A DNA stretch of 64,000 nucleotides from the human T2T-CHM13v2.0 reference genome, Homo sapiens: NCBI RefSeq assembly GCF_009914755.1, contig NC_060931.1. One strand, given 5' to 3'. Positions 61,130 through 64,000 of this stretch are shown here, one piece after another. The notes under the pieces were generated by a model that was not told the origin of the DNA, made no database searches, and saw only the letters and a list, made by a program, of their open reading frames with translations. Positions within the stretch are counted from its first letter, which is position 1. Every line of letters begins with the position of its first letter. The translations under genes and the position numbers were made by a program.

Positions 61130-62460
61130 TTCAGTGTAAGCTCCATCATGCAAAGAGCTTGGAAGCCATCACTCCCATTCTTTCAAGAAAAAGCAATACA
61201 AATTGAAAATCAACAACTTTTTCTGGATCTGTTAGAGAACTGGAGTTGCAGACAAACCATTACCCCCAAATCTGGAGAGACAGGCAGTGAAAAATATCAT
61301 AGATCAGAAACTTGAATGTGCATTAAAAGAAGATGGAAGAGGAGGAGGGAGGAGGAGAGGGGAGGAGAAGGAGAGGAGAAGGAGGAGAAATAATAGTGGA
61401 GGCAACCATATTTTTATTTTTTCCCTTTTTTTTTTTTTTTTGGGAGGCAGGGTCTCATTCTGTCGCCCAGGCTAGAATCCAGTGGAGGGATCATAGGTTA
61501 CTGCAGCCTTAAACTTCTGAGCTCAAGTGATCCTCCCACCTCAGCCTCTGAAGTAGCTGGGGCTACAGATGCTCATCACCACATCCAGCTAAATTTTTAA
61601 ATCTTTTGTAGACACAGCTTGCTATTTTGCCCAAGCTGGTCTCAAATTCCTGGTCTCAAGTGAATTTCCTGCCTCCACTTACTAAAGTGCTGGGATTATA
61701 GGTGCAAGCCACTGCACCCAGCCTATTTCTACTTAATTGATCTAAAAGATACCTATTTGTTTAAAGCAATATTAGTAACAATGGGTAACTAAAATAAATA
61801 GCATTGAGGTGACAAGGGATAAGAGTTACCTGCACTACATCTGAAGTAGTATAATGCTATTGGAGGTGGTCTTTGATTAGTTAAAAATTCACATTGTAAA
61901 CTCTAGGGCAACCACTAAAAAAAATTTTTTTAATAAAATTGATATGCTAAAAGAGGAGTTAAAGTAGAATAACATAAAATGCTTCATTACACTCAGAGAA
62001 GGCAATAAAAGAGAGGAGAGGGAGAAACAAAGAACAAAAGCAACAAATAGAAAACAAATACAAACATGATAGATAGTAATCAAACTACATCAATCATCAC
62101 TTCAAAGGTGAATTGTCTAAATATACCAATTAAAAGACAGATTGTCAGAGTGGATAAAAACACAAGACCCAACTATATGCTGCTACAAGAAACCTACTTT
62201 AAATATAAAGATTCTGATAGGTTAAAAGTACATGGATAGAAAAATATATAGCCTGATAACACTAATTGAAAAAAGCTGGAGCACCTATATTAATTTTGGA
62301 CAGAACAGACTTCAGGAAAGGGAGATTATCAGAGATAAGGAGAGGCATTACATAATGATAAAGATGTCAATTATCCAAGAAAACACAACGATCCTAAACA
62401 GGTATGCAATAACAAAATATGTGGTACCAACTAATGAAATTAAAAAGAGAAATAGACAAG
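61130..62460 (+). mobile_element. Old L1M (MC/MD-type) 5' end plus ORF2 endonuclease start, interrupted by (GGA)n and AluJ
   Basis: gagcttggaagccatcactccc 5' end-like text; ccaattaaaagacagattgtcagagtggataaaaa...gacccaactatatgctg. Confidence 0.75.
61410..61723 (-). mobile_element. AluJ
   Basis: cagggtctcattctgtcgcccagg...ctgcagccttaaacttctgagctcaagtgatcctcccacc. Confidence 0.9.
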
Positions 62461-62576
62461 TTTTTTTTTTCCAGTTTGAATTTTTCCTGTTTCACTGCAG
62501 AGTATCTATGAAATTTAGATAATGGGAATATATACAGACATTCTTTAATCCCTAGATGAAAGATTTGATGTACATA

Positions 62577-62787
62577 GTAGTGATCTGATAAATGTTTAAC
62601 AACTGACTTCAGGTGGAGGAGGAGAAGAAACCCTGATTTGTAGAATTTGATGATGTCTGCAATATAAATCCTCCCACCATGGTCAGTTTCAAGCTATCAA
62701 CATGATATTCCTGAACATGTTGTTAGGAAGAAATGCACATAATTGTCTCAAACGAGCTGTTATGAGGCAGACTCTATCATGCTACTG
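62577..62787 (-). mobile_element. MER63A-like (hAT-Blackjack)
   Basis: taaatgtttaacaactg...ccctgatttgtag...cccaccatggtcagtttcaagcta. Confidence 0.7.
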
Positions 62788-62819
62788 AATATCTGAATAA
62801 CTTGCTAAGATACTTTTCT

Positions 62820-64000
62820 TTTTTAAAAAATAAAATTGTCATTAAAAATCTCATGAAATTAATTTTTAATATATGATGTGAGACAGAAGTTCAATTTTAT
62901 TTTCTCCTAAATTAGATATTCACCTGCACCAGCATCATTTACTAAATTAACCATTTTTCTCATATTGAATTGAAATAGCAATTTTGTTATGATAAAAAAT
63001 TAATATACACTGTGAGCTATTTCTGGATAGTATTTCACTGTTGTACTTTTTAATTTGCTAATTCTTGATCCAGTCATACCAATTTTATTATAGTAGCTTT
63101 ATAGTTCTGCTTTTTGGAAAGGCAAGTGTTCTATTATTACTTTTGTTTTAATTGTCTTCAAGAATTGATACAAATTGTAAATCATATGATCCAATCATTA
63201 AAAATAAATTTCTAGCTGTAATGCCATTAAATTTACATATAATTTGGATAACAATGACATTTTCATAATATGGTATACGTTTTTGTTAAAAAAATCTTTA
63301 TTACCTTTAAGTAGTTTATCCTATTTTTATCTTAATTAGGATTCTTACTAGGACTCACTGCTGACTTTTATCAAAGGACTTTTCATAATCTATTGGTATG
63401 ATTATATTATTTTTCTCCAACAATGGAGTGATAGTTTGCATTATGTTCACAGAAATACTGTTATTAAACCTCCTTTGCATAATTGGATTTTCTTTGATAA
63501 CATATTTTGCAACTATATCCATCAAAGAGTTTTGTCTATAGTTTTCTTTGGGGTATTACATATATTATTTTTTATATTCAAGTTATTCTGTCTTCATAAA
63601 ATAATTCAGAACTATTCATCACTTTCAATAGTCTGACATAGTTAAGTAACATGAAATTCATTTTTTTAAATTTAGATACAAATTAGAGGTAACTCCACCT
63701 GTCCTCATGTTTCATTTTAATGGTAATCTTTAATCACCTGAATGACTTTTATAATCTCTTTTATGTTAATTCATTTAGTCAAGAATTTTTTCCCTTAGAG
63801 GTTATGTTTGATCATTTCCTTTATTTAAAATATCTTGACAGAATGGCAAAGCTTTTTACAATCTACTAATTCTCAATATTTGCATTATTTTGCTTTGTTA
63901 CTGTTATTCTTTCTTAATCAGCCTAATACAGCATTTACCCTTTACCCTTTTTTCCCCATTGTACTGTTATCTTTTCTTTGTTTTTGTTTATATTTCACTA
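62820..64000 (-). mobile_element. Very old L1M ORF2 remnant
   Basis: ccagcatcatttactaaa, ttattatagtagctttatag, tgacattttcataata antisense ORF2 landmarks. Confidence 0.65.

Overview
Repeat-dense, AT-rich human genomic DNA. A consensus-like AluYb8 at 42.6 kb indicates human origin. I find no recognisable host protein-coding exon, RNA gene or CpG island, so the window is intergenic or deep intronic. It holds about 13 Alus, L1s of many ages, L2/MIR/CR1 relics, MaLR and ERV-L elements, DNA transposons (a near-complete Tigger1, a complete MER45B, MER5, MER63), a 1.1-kb AT-rich minisatellite and several STRs. Almost all ORF-track entries are repeat-derived or chance. The only protein-like frames are a HERV-L integrase-dUTPase segment (36.7-37.4 kb) and L1 ORF2 pieces. 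I cannot support a new multi-gene system. The most unusual signals are structural: a 91-bp, 89/91-identical inverted copy of apparently unique DNA 1.3 kb from its partner with junction scars; a stop-free HERV-L IN/dUTPase frame behind a candidate splice acceptor; twin-primed L1s; an L1 fragment lacking both ends; a close head-to-head Alu pair; and TF-motif clusters. Subfamily names come from recalled consensus features, not from a search, and boundaries of old repeats are approximate.
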